Source: a virus
Taxonomy: Duplodnaviria; Caudoviricetes
Length of the DNA stretch: 41,791 nt
IMG/VR virus record: IMGVR_UViG_3300037420_000858
Span: 1 to 41,791 of that record
Reading direction: 5' to 3' (one strand)
Part shown: positions 26,885 through 35,502 of the stretch, one piece after another
Layout: each line of letters opens with the position of its first letter
How positions within the stretch are numbered: position 1 is the stretch's first letter
Position numbers and translations under genes: made by a program
Notes under the pieces: generated by a model
What the model saw: the letters and a program-made list of their open reading frames with translations, nothing else
What the model was told of the DNA's origin: nothing
Databases searched by the model: none

Positions 26885-27039
26885 TCGATGGGGGCTGCGC
26901 CCTGGTTGTTGAGCGCGGGCGGCTCGAGGGATTTGTGGTGATCGACGGCCGGACGTGGTACGTGTTTTGGGACGGATTTCTCCCCTCGGACGGCGATCGG
27001 GGGGATCTCCGGACCCTCTTCCGCTACCAAGAGGTGTAG
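26881..27039 (+). CDS. Small protein (52 aa), not in the ORF track
   Basis: ATGA overlap with xis; ends just before a terminator. Confidence 0.45.
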   Translation: MIDGGCALVVERGRLEGFVVIDGRTWYVFWDGFLPSDGDRGDLRTLFRYQEV

Positions 27040-27064
27040 CGCCGCACACTGTAATGGGTCCGGC

Positions 27065-27093
27065 AGGGCCGCCTTCGGGCGGCCTTTGTTTTG
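27065..27093 (+). terminator. Rho-independent terminator
   Basis: AGGGCCGCC-TTCG-GGCGGCCTTT followed by GTTTT. Confidence 0.8.
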
Positions 27094-27147
27094 CCGCCAG
27101 CGAGACCAAAACAAGTCCACGAGCCTGAGTACCGGCCCGATCGAGAG

Positions 27148-27179
27148 CAAAGAAAAACCCCCGAGTTCCGGGGGCTTTC
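27148..27179 (-). terminator. Terminator downstream of the attP tRNA fragment
   Basis: GAAAGCCCCCG-GAACT-CGGGGGTTTTTCTTT on the minus strand. Confidence 0.8.
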
Positions 27180-27181
27180 CG

Positions 27182-27228
27182 TAGTGCGCGATGCTGGGAT
27201 TGAACCAGCGACCCCTGCCATGTCAAGG
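27182..27228 (-). mobile_element. attP core: 3' half of tRNA-Val(GAC)
   Basis: CC-TTGACAT-GGCAG-GGGTC-GCTGG-TTCAATC-CCAGC-ATCGCGC-A gives anticodon loop, T-arm and 3' acceptor strand; no 5' half; directly downstream of the integrase. Confidence 0.85.
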
Positions 27229-27264
27229 AAGCACGGTACCGAATATCCTACCGACTAGGTAGCG

Positions 27265-28425
27265 TCACTTCGAAGCAAATGCCGATTCGATCGTCGCCAC
27301 CTGTACCGCTTTCGCTACCGAGTAGGTAGTGCTAGGTTCAAGTCCACGAGCTGGCAAGACCACAGGCAAGTCCACCGGCTTCGCTACCGGCATGCTGGCC
27401 AGGTCGTACGCATCCAGCAGCGCCCGCTCATGGTCCTCGCCGTCACGCGCGAAGTGGCCGTACGTCTTGTCGATCATCTTCAGGCTGGTGCCCATGCGCT
27501 TCGCGAGCATGAACGTGTTGAGCCCCGCCCGCAGGCCCCACGTCGCGTAGGTGTGGCGCGTGTCGTACGGACGCATGTGCGGCAACGGCTCACGCCCCTG
27601 CTTGGCACGATCCTCGTTCACGCTGTCGATCGCCGCCTGCCACACCCGACGCCGCCAGTTGCGGATGTCCACCGGGTAGCCGTCCGGCGTTTGGAACACC
27701 AGCCCCGACTTGCGCTGGCCGATGATCTGCTCGAACGCCTGAGCGGCGCTTGCACGCAGCGGGACGATACGAGCGGGCGTCTTGGGCTTCACGATCTGCA
27801 CCGGCAGGCGTAGTGCGTGGCTGGCCAGGTCCACATGCTCGACCCGCAGCTTCGGCCACTCCTGCGGACGTAGCCCGGTCCCGACCTGCGCGACGAGCCA
27901 GCCCTTGTAGTGCTCCTCCATCTCGGCTTCGAGTTCCAGCACCGTCTCCCAGTCGGGGATCGGGTACATCTCACTGGCCTGCGGTGCCGGATTCTTGATG
28001 CCCTTCGCCGGGTTCTCCGGAATCAGCTTCCAGAGGACCGCCTTCTCGAGCGCCTGCTTGAGGGCCGCGAACGCATCGTGCCTGGTGTTCTCTGTCGGCA
28101 GGCTGGAGCGCCATACTTCGAGGTCGTGTGGCTTGAGGCTGGCGATGCGCTTGTCGTCGAGTGGCGCGGCGTGCGCGAGGCGGAACCGCAGGCTGGTGAC
28201 GCGCTCCTCGCTGGCGTGATGGGTGTCGAGGAACCGGTCGACGAGCTGGCCCACCGTCATGCGATCGTCGTGCGTGACGCCGCTGTCCTGTTCACGCATG
28301 CGCTGGCGATACCACTTCTCGGCGTCGCCTCGGGTTCGGAATCCGCCTTTGCGTCGTTGGGTGCCGGTGGCGTCGTAGTAGCGGACGCTCCAGGTCTTGC
28401 CGCGCTGGGTGTAGCTACCGGCCAT
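27265..28425 (-). CDS. int: Tyrosine integrase (386 aa)
   Basis: Arm-binding N-terminus WSVRYYDATGTQRRKGGFRT; GLRPQE, YDTRHTYAT, MGTS and TYGH catalytic boxes. Confidence 0.92.
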   Translation of the reverse strand: MAGSYTQRGKTWSVRYYDATGTQRRKGGFRTRGDAEKWYRQRMREQDSGVTHDDRMTVGQLVDRFLDTHHASEERVTSLRFRLAHAAPLDDKRIASLKPHDLEVWRSSLPTENTRHDAFAALKQALEKAVLWKLIPENPAKGIKNPAPQASEMYPIPDWETVLELEAEMEEHYKGWLVAQVGTGLRPQEWPKLRVEHVDLASHALRLPVQIVKPKTPARIVPLRASAAQAFEQIIGQRKSGLVFQTPDGYPVDIRNWRRRVWQAAIDSVNEDRAKQGREPLPHMRPYDTRHTYATWGLRAGLNTFMLAKRMGTSLKMIDKTYGHFARDGEDHERALLDAYDLASMPVAKPVDLPVVLPARGLEPSTTYSVAKAVQVATIESAFASK

Positions 28426-28460
28426 AGCGGGCGTCCTTTTCTGGTGGCGATCGACGAGCC

Positions 28461-28601
28461 TCAGGCATGCGCCAGCACCACTGACGCGAACAGAAGCGCG
28501 CCCCCTAGCCAATACCCCTCATCGCAATTTGGGTGGTTGATGGCTGCGATGATGATGCCTCCGATTCCCAGGCCAACAAGCCCACCAATGATTTGCTGCA
28601 T
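28461..28601 (-). CDS. Small two-TM membrane protein (46 aa)
   Basis: GGAGG RBS, TGATG coupling, hydrophobic. Confidence 0.55.
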   Translation of the reverse strand: MQQIIGGLVGLGIGGIIIAAINHPNCDEGYWLGGALLFASVVLAHA

Positions 28602-28756
28602 CAGTCGATCCTCCACTTCCAACCGTTCTCCGCCGTCACCCACGCCATCAAACGCATCGCTTCAGCATTCGGCCCCTCACCATCCAGCCGGTACGTGCAA
28701 CGCGGCACCGGCCCATACAGGTAGTAGCTCGCGAGCATCTGGACAGTCGCAGTCAA
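28601..28756 (-). CDS. Small hypothetical protein (51 aa)
   Basis: TTGA overlap with the dnaB stop; fills the gap exactly. Confidence 0.45.
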   Translation of the reverse strand: MTATVQMLASYYLYGPVPRCTYRLDGEGPNAEAMRLMAWVTAENGWKWRID

Positions 28757-30090
28757 GCCGCGCTCCCTTCACGTCGAGCCAGCACCGACGGGCCACTGGC
28801 ATGATTCGGATCGTATTCGTAGAACCGCAGGACACGCGGCTCGAACTTGATCGGCACCGACTTGTCAGGCGCACCGTCACGCATCTTCGCGATCAGCAGC
28901 GAGCCATACCCCGTCCGTCGATCCACGCTATCGCGCGTCTGGTACACGAGCAGCACGTCGTCCGCGTCCTCCTCCATCGACCCCGACCCACGCAGATCAG
29001 CGATCGTCGGCTCCAGCTTCCGCGTCCTACCATCCCGATCCCGCTGCGGCTTCTTGAACTGCACGAGACAGACCACCGAGCAGTCAAGGTCACGGGTGAT
29101 GCGATGAAGCTGGCCCGAGTAGCGCGTGAGATCCACGTACTCCCCCGCCGAGGTGCGTTCGAACTTGTGGAGGTGATCGACCGCGATCACGTCGAAGCGC
29201 TCGCGAGCCTGGTCCGCCCGGATCTGCTGCGGCGTCGTCGGACCACACTTCACGGTCAGGTTCCACGCGGCGATCTGCTTGCGCCGCTCCTCATACCGCG
29301 CCTGATCATCGATCGTCAGCTCGTCGATGCCCTTCGCCTGCTTCTGCGTGATGCACCCACCCTGAAGCGCGAGCGTACGAGCAACCTGTGCCGGCGTCAT
29401 CTCGAGCTGGTACACGCCGACCTTCGCTCCGGCCTCGCACATCTCCTCGATCCACTGGAACATGACGGTGCTCTTGCCATCCCCGGAATACCCACCGAGA
29501 TACGCCAGCCGGCCCTTCTCCCACGGGCCGTACTCATCCCGCATCGAGGGGAAGGGATACGGATACCCTCCGGCCGACTCGGATGCGCTCAGAATGGCGT
29601 CTAGAGGGCTCAGAATGGACGTGGAAGTCAGCGCCTTCATCCCCTCCGTCGAGTGCAGCCTGGAGCGTGCATCGAACACCGCCGTCTCCACCGCCGCGAC
29701 GATCTCCTCAACCCCGCCACGCACCCGCAGCGCATGGTCCACGCCACCCGTCAGGTCACGCCGGATCGCCTCCTCGCGGATCGCCTGCGCATACTCCTCG
29801 GCCAAGTCCACACTGGCCAGTTGTGCCGCGATCCCGTACAGCGCCGTCGCGGTATCCACCACCCGCTCGGTCGCACCGAACGACCGCAGCTCCGCGCTCA
29901 ACGTCAGCTCGTCGACTCGCTGGCCATCATCCAGCATGTCCTGCATCACGTCATAGATCGTCTGATGCGTCCGATCCACGAAGTCATCGCACCGCAGGAT
30001 CGCCGCGACCTTCGGTGCCACACGCGGACTGCTCACCATGCACGCGAGCACGGCCTGTTCAAGTTCGTGCTGTCCCTTGTTCTCGCTCAC
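28753..30090 (-). CDS. dnaB: DnaB-like replicative helicase
   Basis: N-terminal LEQAVLACM...DDFVDRTHQTIY; Walker A GYSGDGKST; VIAVDHL; DLRGSGSMEEDADDVL; IAKMRDG. Confidence 0.92.
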   Translation of the reverse strand: MSENKGQHELEQAVLACMVSSPRVAPKVAAILRCDDFVDRTHQTIYDVMQDMLDDGQRVDELTLSAELRSFGATERVVDTATALYGIAAQLASVDLAEEYAQAIREEAIRRDLTGGVDHALRVRGGVEEIVAAVETAVFDARSRLHSTEGMKALTSTSILSPLDAILSASESAGGYPYPFPSMRDEYGPWEKGRLAYLGGYSGDGKSTVMFQWIEEMCEAGAKVGVYQLEMTPAQVARTLALQGGCITQKQAKGIDELTIDDQARYEERRKQIAAWNLTVKCGPTTPQQIRADQARERFDVIAVDHLHKFERTSAGEYVDLTRYSGQLHRITRDLDCSVVCLVQFKKPQRDRDGRTRKLEPTIADLRGSGSMEEDADDVLLVYQTRDSVDRRTGYGSLLIAKMRDGAPDKSVPIKFEPRVLRFYEYDPNHASGPSVLARREGSAA

Positions 30091-30557
30091 TGACCCCTCC
30101 CCAGGATGTCGTACCGTGTTGATGTGTTAGTTGAGTTGGGGCCAACCATCGCTGGCGCTTCCTCCGCATAACTCTGTGCGGCCTTCTTCGCATAGTTCAC
30201 ATTCGGTATGCCCTTCGCGATCGCAGCCTCCGCACCGAACGCCAGGGCGTCGTCGCCATGAGCGTTACGCGCGGCGGTAAATGGCTGGTAAATCTCGTTC
30301 ACTACGCGACGTAGCGATACCTTCTTGGTCTTGTTCTGCTCCGCGAGCAGCTCCGCCATCGACCTCGCGAGACTGGAAAGCCTCGGCCCAAGCTGGCTAG
30401 CAAGGTCGTCGACCTGCCGCTGAAGCTCCTCGTCCGTACTTGCGCCCACCGTCACGCCCTTAGGTCGACTGGCCCGGTCACTCTCCGCAACCAGATCGAC
30501 CTCGAAGCCGCCGCCATCCTGCGGAACGATGCGCCCCGTGATTCTCCAACTGGCCAA
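30087..30557 (-). CDS. Putative replication initiator / helicase loader (DnaD-like C-terminus)
   Basis: AEAAIAKGIPNVNYAKKAAQSY resembles DnaD-domain helices; immediately upstream of dnaB. Confidence 0.45.
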   Translation of the reverse strand: MASWRITGRIVPQDGGGFEVDLVAESDRASRPKGVTVGASTDEELQRQVDDLASQLGPRLSSLARSMAELLAEQNKTKKVSLRRVVNEIYQPFTAARNAHGDDALAFGAEAAIAKGIPNVNYAKKAAQSYAEEAPAMVGPNSTNTSTRYDILGRGQ

Positions 30558-30593
30558 CAGTACCCTCCCCGTCGTCGGTAGTCAGCAACACGC

Positions 30594-30621
30594 ACTCTAC
30601 CGAATCGGCAGCGCCGCGCAA
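30594..30621 (-). promoter_or_regulatory. Leftward promoter for the initiator-dnaB-int operon, with overlapping operator
   Basis: TTGCGC-N16-TAGAGT; CTACC-GAATC-GGCAG overlaps the -10 element and spacer. Confidence 0.55.
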
Positions 30622-30799
30622 GGGCGGACTTACGGATTCACGAAGCTACTCGTACGTAGATCAGAAGTATCACCCCGCTAGATACCGAGTAAATCCCCGT
30701 CCTGAAGCCAGAAAGGGGGCCACGCGGCCCCCGATCCCCCATAAACTACGTCATTCCCTATTCACTTCCTAACAGGTACCATTGCCGATACCGATAGGC

Positions 30800-30828
30800 T
30801 TGACGACCCACCAAAGCGGACATACGGT
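30800..30828 (+). promoter_or_regulatory. Repressor promoter (probably leaderless mRNA)
   Basis: TTGACG-N17-TACGGT, 7 nt before ATG 30836. Confidence 0.6.
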
Positions 30829-30835
30829 AGGAACC

Positions 30836-31237
30836 ATGACAAGCGCCCCACAGATTGCACCCATCCCCGAACCAATCGGTAACATCGCGACGGTGACTGA
30901 CCTGCCGCCGCTGAACCCAGGCAAGCTCCTCACCGGAGCCAACATCCGAGCCGCCCGCAAGGCGCAACGCTTCACCAAGCGACGCTTCGCGGAGGAACTG
31001 GGTGTTACCGAAAAAACGGTCTACAACTGGGAACACGAAGTATCAGAACCCGAGGGCGAGAACCGCATCAAGGTACTCGAACTTCTCGGCCTAGAGGACC
31101 CGCGCATCGTGGGTACCGGCCGCGTGCTCTCGCTCGATTCCGGAACCGATCAGGTCGCAGCGATCAAGAACCAGATCGCTTCCCTGCGGGCCGCGCTCGA
31201 GACACTGGCATGGCAGGTCGATCAACTAGAGCGATGA
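30836..31237 (+). CDS. XRE-family HTH repressor (immunity regulator candidate)
   Basis: NIRAARKAQRFTKRRFAEELGVTEKTVYNWEHEVSEP HTH_3 pattern; C-terminal coiled coil; no S24 peptidase. Confidence 0.85.
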   Translation: MTSAPQIAPIPEPIGNIATVTDLPPLNPGKLLTGANIRAARKAQRFTKRRFAEELGVTEKTVYNWEHEVSEPEGENRIKVLELLGLEDPRIVGTGRVLSLDSGTDQVAAIKNQIASLRAALETLAWQVDQLER

Positions 31238-31954
31238 CCGGCGACGCTGCTCGCGCTCATTGATCGAACGCACAACCTGCCGAACCTCGCCATCACTCAT
31301 CGGCGGGCGAACCCTGCGCTCATTCCAGCCAAGCAATAGCTCGAACGCGATCGCAGGATCAACACTCTTCCGTAGCAGGTGACCGGCCAACTCGGCGCAC
31401 CGCTGGTTCCTCTCGCCCTTGCCAACCACGCTGCTGAACGCGTCGACCCACGCCCCGGTCGGGCGTCCATTCTGTGGGGCCTGAGACGCCTCCAGAAGCC
31501 ACGCGGGACACTCGGCGGGTGGTAGATCCTCTAGCGATAGGCCATCCACCCAGCGGTACTCAGCGCCGCTCGGATGCACGCTCGGCGGAACAACCACGAA
31601 GCCGCCATCACCACGCACGTCAAGATCCGGGGCGAGGCGCACAGCGTTCTTGACTGGCTGGCCAGGGTGCCGCAGGAAATAGTGCTTGCCATTCCCTGTT
31701 GTCGCAGTCGGCGTGACGGGCAGGCCCAGCTTGTTCGCTTCCAGCACGCCCTGCTCGCTGTCGCAATCCACGACGACGACACCAGACAACTCGCCCGTCA
31801 CGAGCCCGAGGTTATGCCCCTCGTGCAACCACAGCTCAACATCGGCGCGACTGGCCCGCTCGGACTGAGCATGCGCCCACTTGCCAACCGGCATCTTGCC
31901 GCGCGGCTCGACGGGGATCAGCGAAAAACCGTGTTCCAGATACGACTGGATCAC
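31226..31954 (-). CDS. Bifunctional primase-polymerase with PriCT-1 domain
   Basis: NLGLVTG, VVVDCD, TGNGKHYFL, DVRGDGGFVVVPPSVHPSG and GERNQ...PPMSDGEV. Confidence 0.92.
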   Translation of the reverse strand: MIQSYLEHGFSLIPVEPRGKMPVGKWAHAQSERASRADVELWLHEGHNLGLVTGELSGVVVVDCDSEQGVLEANKLGLPVTPTATTGNGKHYFLRHPGQPVKNAVRLAPDLDVRGDGGFVVVPPSVHPSGAEYRWVDGLSLEDLPPAECPAWLLEASQAPQNGRPTGAWVDAFSSVVGKGERNQRCAELAGHLLRKSVDPAIAFELLLGWNERRVRPPMSDGEVRQVVRSINEREQRRRSSL

Positions 31955-32205
31955 TTGGCGTCCAGATCAAACTCGACGCCCACGTAGAAGATCAGGTCCG
32001 CGATCTCCTGAAATCCCTCCACCTGGATCTCATCCTTCGACAGTGACCACGCGCGATCGCCGTACTCAGCAGCGCCGATACCCGTAGCGCGCTCGACAGC
32101 CATCTCCACGAGATACGCCCAGATGGCCGGATCAAGTATGCGGCTCACGATGCGATACCGCGCCGCCTCGGCGTGGGCACGGATGGTCTGCTCGGCATCA
32201 CGCAT
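31951..32205 (-). CDS. Small MazG/dUTPase-like helical protein
   Basis: ERATGIGAAEYG...EGFQEIADLIFY resembles all-alpha NTP-pyrophosphatase motifs. Confidence 0.4.
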   Translation of the reverse strand: MRDAEQTIRAHAEAARYRIVSRILDPAIWAYLVEMAVERATGIGAAEYGDRAWSLSKDEIQVEGFQEIADLIFYVGVEFDLDAK

Positions 32206-32467
32206 CGAGCACCACCAGCACGTCATCGACCTTGATGATCCGCGCATGCTCGTCATCAGGAACCGAGTGACCTGCATACCCGGACACGACCACCCGCTGG
32301 CCAGCCTCGAGATCCTTCACCTCGCGCCCGATTGCCTCGACCACACCGCGTCGAATCTTCTCCCGCTCGACAGCCTGGCCGGGGAGCACCACGCCACCCG
32401 CGCTGACCTTCTCCTCGGGAGTGTCGAGACGCACCAGCACGCGATCGCCCAACGGTCGCCACATCAT
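32198..32467 (-). CDS. groES: GroES-like co-chaperonin
   Basis: RPLGDRVLV...EEKVSAGGVVLP...GVVEAIG...YAG...DDVLVVL; GAGGAG RBS. Confidence 0.9.
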   Translation of the reverse strand: MMWRPLGDRVLVRLDTPEEKVSAGGVVLPGQAVEREKIRRGVVEAIGREVKDLEAGQRVVVSGYAGHSVPDDEHARIIKVDDVLVVLDA

Positions 32468-32676
32468 CGGTCGTCTCCTCGAATCGAGGTGAGCAGGTCG
32501 GCCACGTCGCCAGCCTTCGGGTTCTCGGCCCACACCTCGATGATCCGCTCGATCCGCGTGCGCTCGGCGTCGACTGCCGCGTGGATTTCCGCGCACCGCT
32601 GCTCCGCACTAGGGCACACGCACTCGTCGGGGGCGCAATGGCCGTCGCAAACGGTGTAGTCGTGAGCACTACTCAT
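32464..32676 (-). CDS. Cys-rich hypothetical protein
   Basis: ATGA overlaps; shares its C-terminal module with 23703-24359. Confidence 0.6.
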   Translation of the reverse strand: MSSAHDYTVCDGHCAPDECVCPSAEQRCAEIHAAVDAERTRIERIIEVWAENPKAGDVADLLTSIRGDDR

Positions 32677-32876
32677 CGCACGCCCTCCCGAACACCCGCA
32701 TACACCGTCGGCCACACACCACCACGCGGACGCGGCTCAGTCTCATACCGATGCCACGCGCCCTCCGCGTCCTGATGCAAGTACGACTCCCGCACCTTCG
32801 CCACCGGGTACCGACGACCATCAGCCGGACCCCACATGAACTCCAGCTTGTGCAACTCCTGCGTCTCGAAGTTCAC
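32673..32876 (-). CDS. Hypothetical protein (GPADG motif)
   Basis: GGAGG RBS, GTGA overlap. Confidence 0.6.
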   Translation of the reverse strand: MNFETQELHKLEFMWGPADGRRYPVAKVRESYLHQDAEGAWHRYETEPRPRGGVWPTVYAGVREGVR

Positions 32877-33427
32877 GCCTCCACCTCCTCCCGCTCCCTC
32901 GTGAAACGCACATCGCGCGTGTCCTGACCCGACAGGCCCAACGCGATCGCGCAACACTCCACACACAACCCATACAGCGACGACGAGTGGAACCAACTTC
33001 CGCAACCCCCATGACCGATAGGGCACCCATCGCCGCAATAACGCCCGTACTCCGACCACCCCTCAACCCCCGTATCCGGCAGAGCCAGCGCCAGCTCCAC
33101 CATGCGCCCCGTCGCCACAGCCAGATCCTCCGCCGTGAGTGCCGTGACGTTCTTCGCAACGCCCTTCAAGATCCGACGCAGTACCTCGGAATCAACCCCG
33201 GTGACACGACCCGCTGCCTCGCAACTACCGTCGACTCCCGGCATGGCCAGCACGATCTCAACCCACGGACGGACCAGCTCGGCCGACACCCTCGGCGTAC
33301 TGAACAGCCACCGTCGATACGCTTTGTCCGCACGCGTGCCGGGGTTGTACTTCTGGTCGTAGTGCTTGCGGCAGAGGTCGCGCTTGTAGATGACACGAGG
33401 GCAGTCTTGCTCGTCGCACGTATTCAT
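32873..33427 (-). CDS. Zinc-finger plus HTH-like DNA-binding protein
   Basis: CDEQDC...LCRKHY; AAGRVTGVDSEVLRRILKG; C-terminal Cys cluster. Confidence 0.6.
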   Translation of the reverse strand: MNTCDEQDCPRVIYKRDLCRKHYDQKYNPGTRADKAYRRWLFSTPRVSAELVRPWVEIVLAMPGVDGSCEAAGRVTGVDSEVLRRILKGVAKNVTALTAEDLAVATGRMVELALALPDTGVEGWSEYGRYCGDGCPIGHGGCGSWFHSSSLYGLCVECCAIALGLSGQDTRDVRFTREREEVEA

Positions 33428-33543
33428 CGCTTCGCCTCCTTCCACGCCTTGAAGCACGCCTTACACACCAGCCGCTTGTCGTGATCGCGGTAGTGATCCT
33501 CGGTCGGGCTGATCTTGTTCGGGCAGAACGCGCACTTCTTCAC
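33424..33543 (-). CDS. C4 zinc-finger microprotein (39 aa)
   Basis: MKKCAFC...VCKACF; GTGA/ATGA overlaps. Confidence 0.55.
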   Translation of the reverse strand: MKKCAFCPNKISPTEDHYRDHDKRLVCKACFKAWKEAKR

Positions 33544-33863
33544 CGCGCCGCCTCCACCAGATCAAGAAGAGCATCGAGGCCCAGCACTACACGCCACGGC
33601 TCCCGGCTGCGACGGAACACGACGAGCGGTACGCACCCATCGGGACAGTCGCCCTCGGCCTGCTCAACCCACGAGGGGATGGACAGGCGTTCTTGCCGCT
33701 TGACCTCGACGTGCATGCCGTCCCAGCCCTGGATGTCGCCCTTCCAGTCCATGCCGCCTGACAGTGGCGTGCGGCGCATCTCGATCCCGAGTCGGGTCTT
33801 GATGATGCCGGCCACCTCACGCTCGGCGCTGGCCCCCTTATTGCGGCTGGCTCGCCCGCCCAT
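33540..33863 (-). CDS. Holliday junction resolvase (Hjc-like PD-(D/E)XK)
   Basis: SRNKGASAEREVA...GDI...HVEVKRQE. Confidence 0.8.
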   Translation of the reverse strand: MGGRASRNKGASAEREVAGIIKTRLGIEMRRTPLSGGMDWKGDIQGWDGMHVEVKRQERLSIPSWVEQAEGDCPDGCVPLVVFRRSREPWRVVLGLDALLDLVEAAR

Positions 33864-33925
33864 CCCCTCACCCCTCCACGATCACCGCGTCGAACACACG
33901 CACCAACAGGTCGATCACCTGCTGG

Positions 33926-34225
33926 TCAGAATCCACCGTCGTCAGCAGCCGGCCCGCCCGGACGAAAGTTGGGATCGTCGGCGTACACGTCGAGGTAGCC
34001 GCGCTCGTTCTCCTTGACCGTGACCTCGTACGGGCCAGCGTTCTTCAGGAGATTCGCGAGCTGGATCGACGCGAACTTCTGCTGCCCCTCGGTGCCGCCC
34101 GCGACGACGTAGCGCATGTACGTCAGCTTCTCCTCGCCCAGATCGAACCCGATGCTGATGCACGTCTGATCGTCGTTGAACTTGTTGGGGCCAACGCCCA
34201 CGAACTTGATGCCTGCCTTCGCCAT
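33926..34225 (-). CDS. Putative ssDNA-binding protein
   Basis: Beta-rich with acidic C-terminal tail ADDGGF; in the recombination cluster. Confidence 0.45.
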   Translation of the reverse strand: MAKAGIKFVGVGPNKFNDDQTCISIGFDLGEEKLTYMRYVVAGGTEGQQKFASIQLANLLKNAGPYEVTVKENERGYLDVYADDPNFRPGGPAADDGGF

Positions 34226-34545
34226 TACTTGCCTCCGATAGTTGTGTTGGTTCCAACCTGCCAGCGAGCTTCGTGCTCGTGTACCGCGACATTGAGCGCG
34301 TCGAGAACAGCCTCGAAGCTCCCGTCGTCGTATCCGTCCACGCGCGTCAGTTCGATGGCCAGTGTCACGATCTTGTCGATCGCGTTGAACCGCTGACGCT
34401 GCGCGTCGGGCTTCGTGATCTCTTCGAGCACGTCGGGTGCTACCGCCGAGAGGGCAATGGCCAGCTCGCCGTTGCGCTTACGGAGCGCCAGGTTCTCAAC
34501 CTCGGTACGCCTGATCTGATCGAGGTATCCCTGCGGCGCGCTCAC
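34225..34545 (-). CDS. Hypothetical protein
   Basis: GTGA and TAATG coupling. Confidence 0.55.
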   Translation of the reverse strand: MSAPQGYLDQIRRTEVENLALRKRNGELAIALSAVAPDVLEEITKPDAQRQRFNAIDKIVTLAIELTRVDGYDDGSFEAVLDALNVAVHEHEARWQVGTNTTIGGK

Positions 34546-34706
34546 TTGATCGCCTCCCGCATCCGGTCGATCCACAACTCGCGAGCGAACCGCTCACGCA
34601 TCGCGTCGATGGCCGCCCGATCCGACTTGTATAGGTCGTGCTCGACGGGTCGCGCGATGACGTGCTTCGACTCCATCTCCCGCATAGCCGTGGCGTATGT
34701 CCTCAT
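34542..34706 (-). CDS. Hypothetical protein (54 aa), not in the ORF track
   Basis: MRTYATAMREMESKH...; ATGA overlap. Confidence 0.5.
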   Translation of the reverse strand: MRTYATAMREMESKHVIARPVEHDLYKSDRAAIDAMRERFARELWIDRMREAIK

Positions 34707-34855
34707 GTCAGCACCGCCACTCCGGCAGCGACGAGCGCCATGCCAATGATCGCCCGAGGGGTCTGACCCCTAGCCCCCTTGAGCACACTGAGCGACGCCG
34801 CCATGACAAGGAGCGCCCCGTACCCGAACATGAATATCCCGAGTGCCGTGCTCAC
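34703..34855 (-). CDS. Two-TM membrane protein (50 aa), not in the ORF track
   Basis: MSTALGIFMFGYGALLVMAA...IIGMALVAAGVAVLT; GTGA overlap with erf. Confidence 0.5.
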   Translation of the reverse strand: MSTALGIFMFGYGALLVMAASLSVLKGARGQTPRAIIGMALVAAGVAVLT

Positions 34856-35502
34856 GCCTTCGCCGCCTTCGCCTTCAGGGCCGTCAGGGCCTCGGTGAAT
34901 CGCGAGGCTAGCGTGACCTCTGCCTGACGCTTGGCCAGCGCGGGGTCCGTACCAGCCGCGACTGCTGCTGCGAACAGCTCGTCAGCCTGCGCCTTCGTGA
35001 CGTACTCCGGGCCGGGGTTGTCCTTCTTGGCGGCGGGCTTCTTCGCGGCTGCCTTCAGTGCGGGCTTGCCTTTGCTGTCGTCCTCGGGGTCGTCGCCCGT
35101 GGGGATCAGCAGGGACTTCATCAGCGCGTACTTCACCGCCCCGGTGATCGCCTTGTAGATGCCCTTGTCGGACCCATCCTCGCCCGTGCCAGCAGCGGCC
35201 ACGGTCCAGGTCGCACCCGTCTCGCCACACGCGAACGTCATCTCCACGGCCACATCAGTCAAGATCGTTGGCCGCCCCTTCGACGATTCGATCTTGCGCG
35301 CCTCGATCATGTGGCTGGATACGAACACGGCGATGTCGCGCTTGGCCAGCTCGCGGCGTACGGCGTCACTGACATCGGCCTCGGTCGCGTACTGATAGCC
35401 GTGAAACGAGTTCTTGCCTCGCTTCGGGATGCGATCCACGGCATCCATGACTTCGGCCATGCGCTTGAACAGGCTGGCCGGGTTGGGTGTGTCAGTCGAC
35501 AC
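34852..35502 (-). CDS. erf: ERF-family ssDNA annealing protein
   Basis: IPKRGKNSFHGYQYATEADV and GEDGSDKGIYKAITGAVKYALMKSLLIPTGDDPE. Confidence 0.9.
   Translation of the reverse strand: MSTDTPNPASLFKRMAEVMDAVDRIPKRGKNSFHGYQYATEADVSDAVRRELAKRDIAVFVSSHMIEARKIESSKGRPTILTDVAVEMTFACGETGATWTVAAAGTGEDGSDKGIYKAITGAVKYALMKSLLIPTGDDPEDDSKGKPALKAAAKKPAAKKDNPGPEYVTKAQADELFAAAVAAGTDPALAKRQAEVTLASRFTEALTALKAKAAKA

Noticed and set aside
27182-27240. Functional tRNA-Val gene
   Set aside because: No D-arm or 5' acceptor strand, and the anticodon stem is mismatched; it is the attP core
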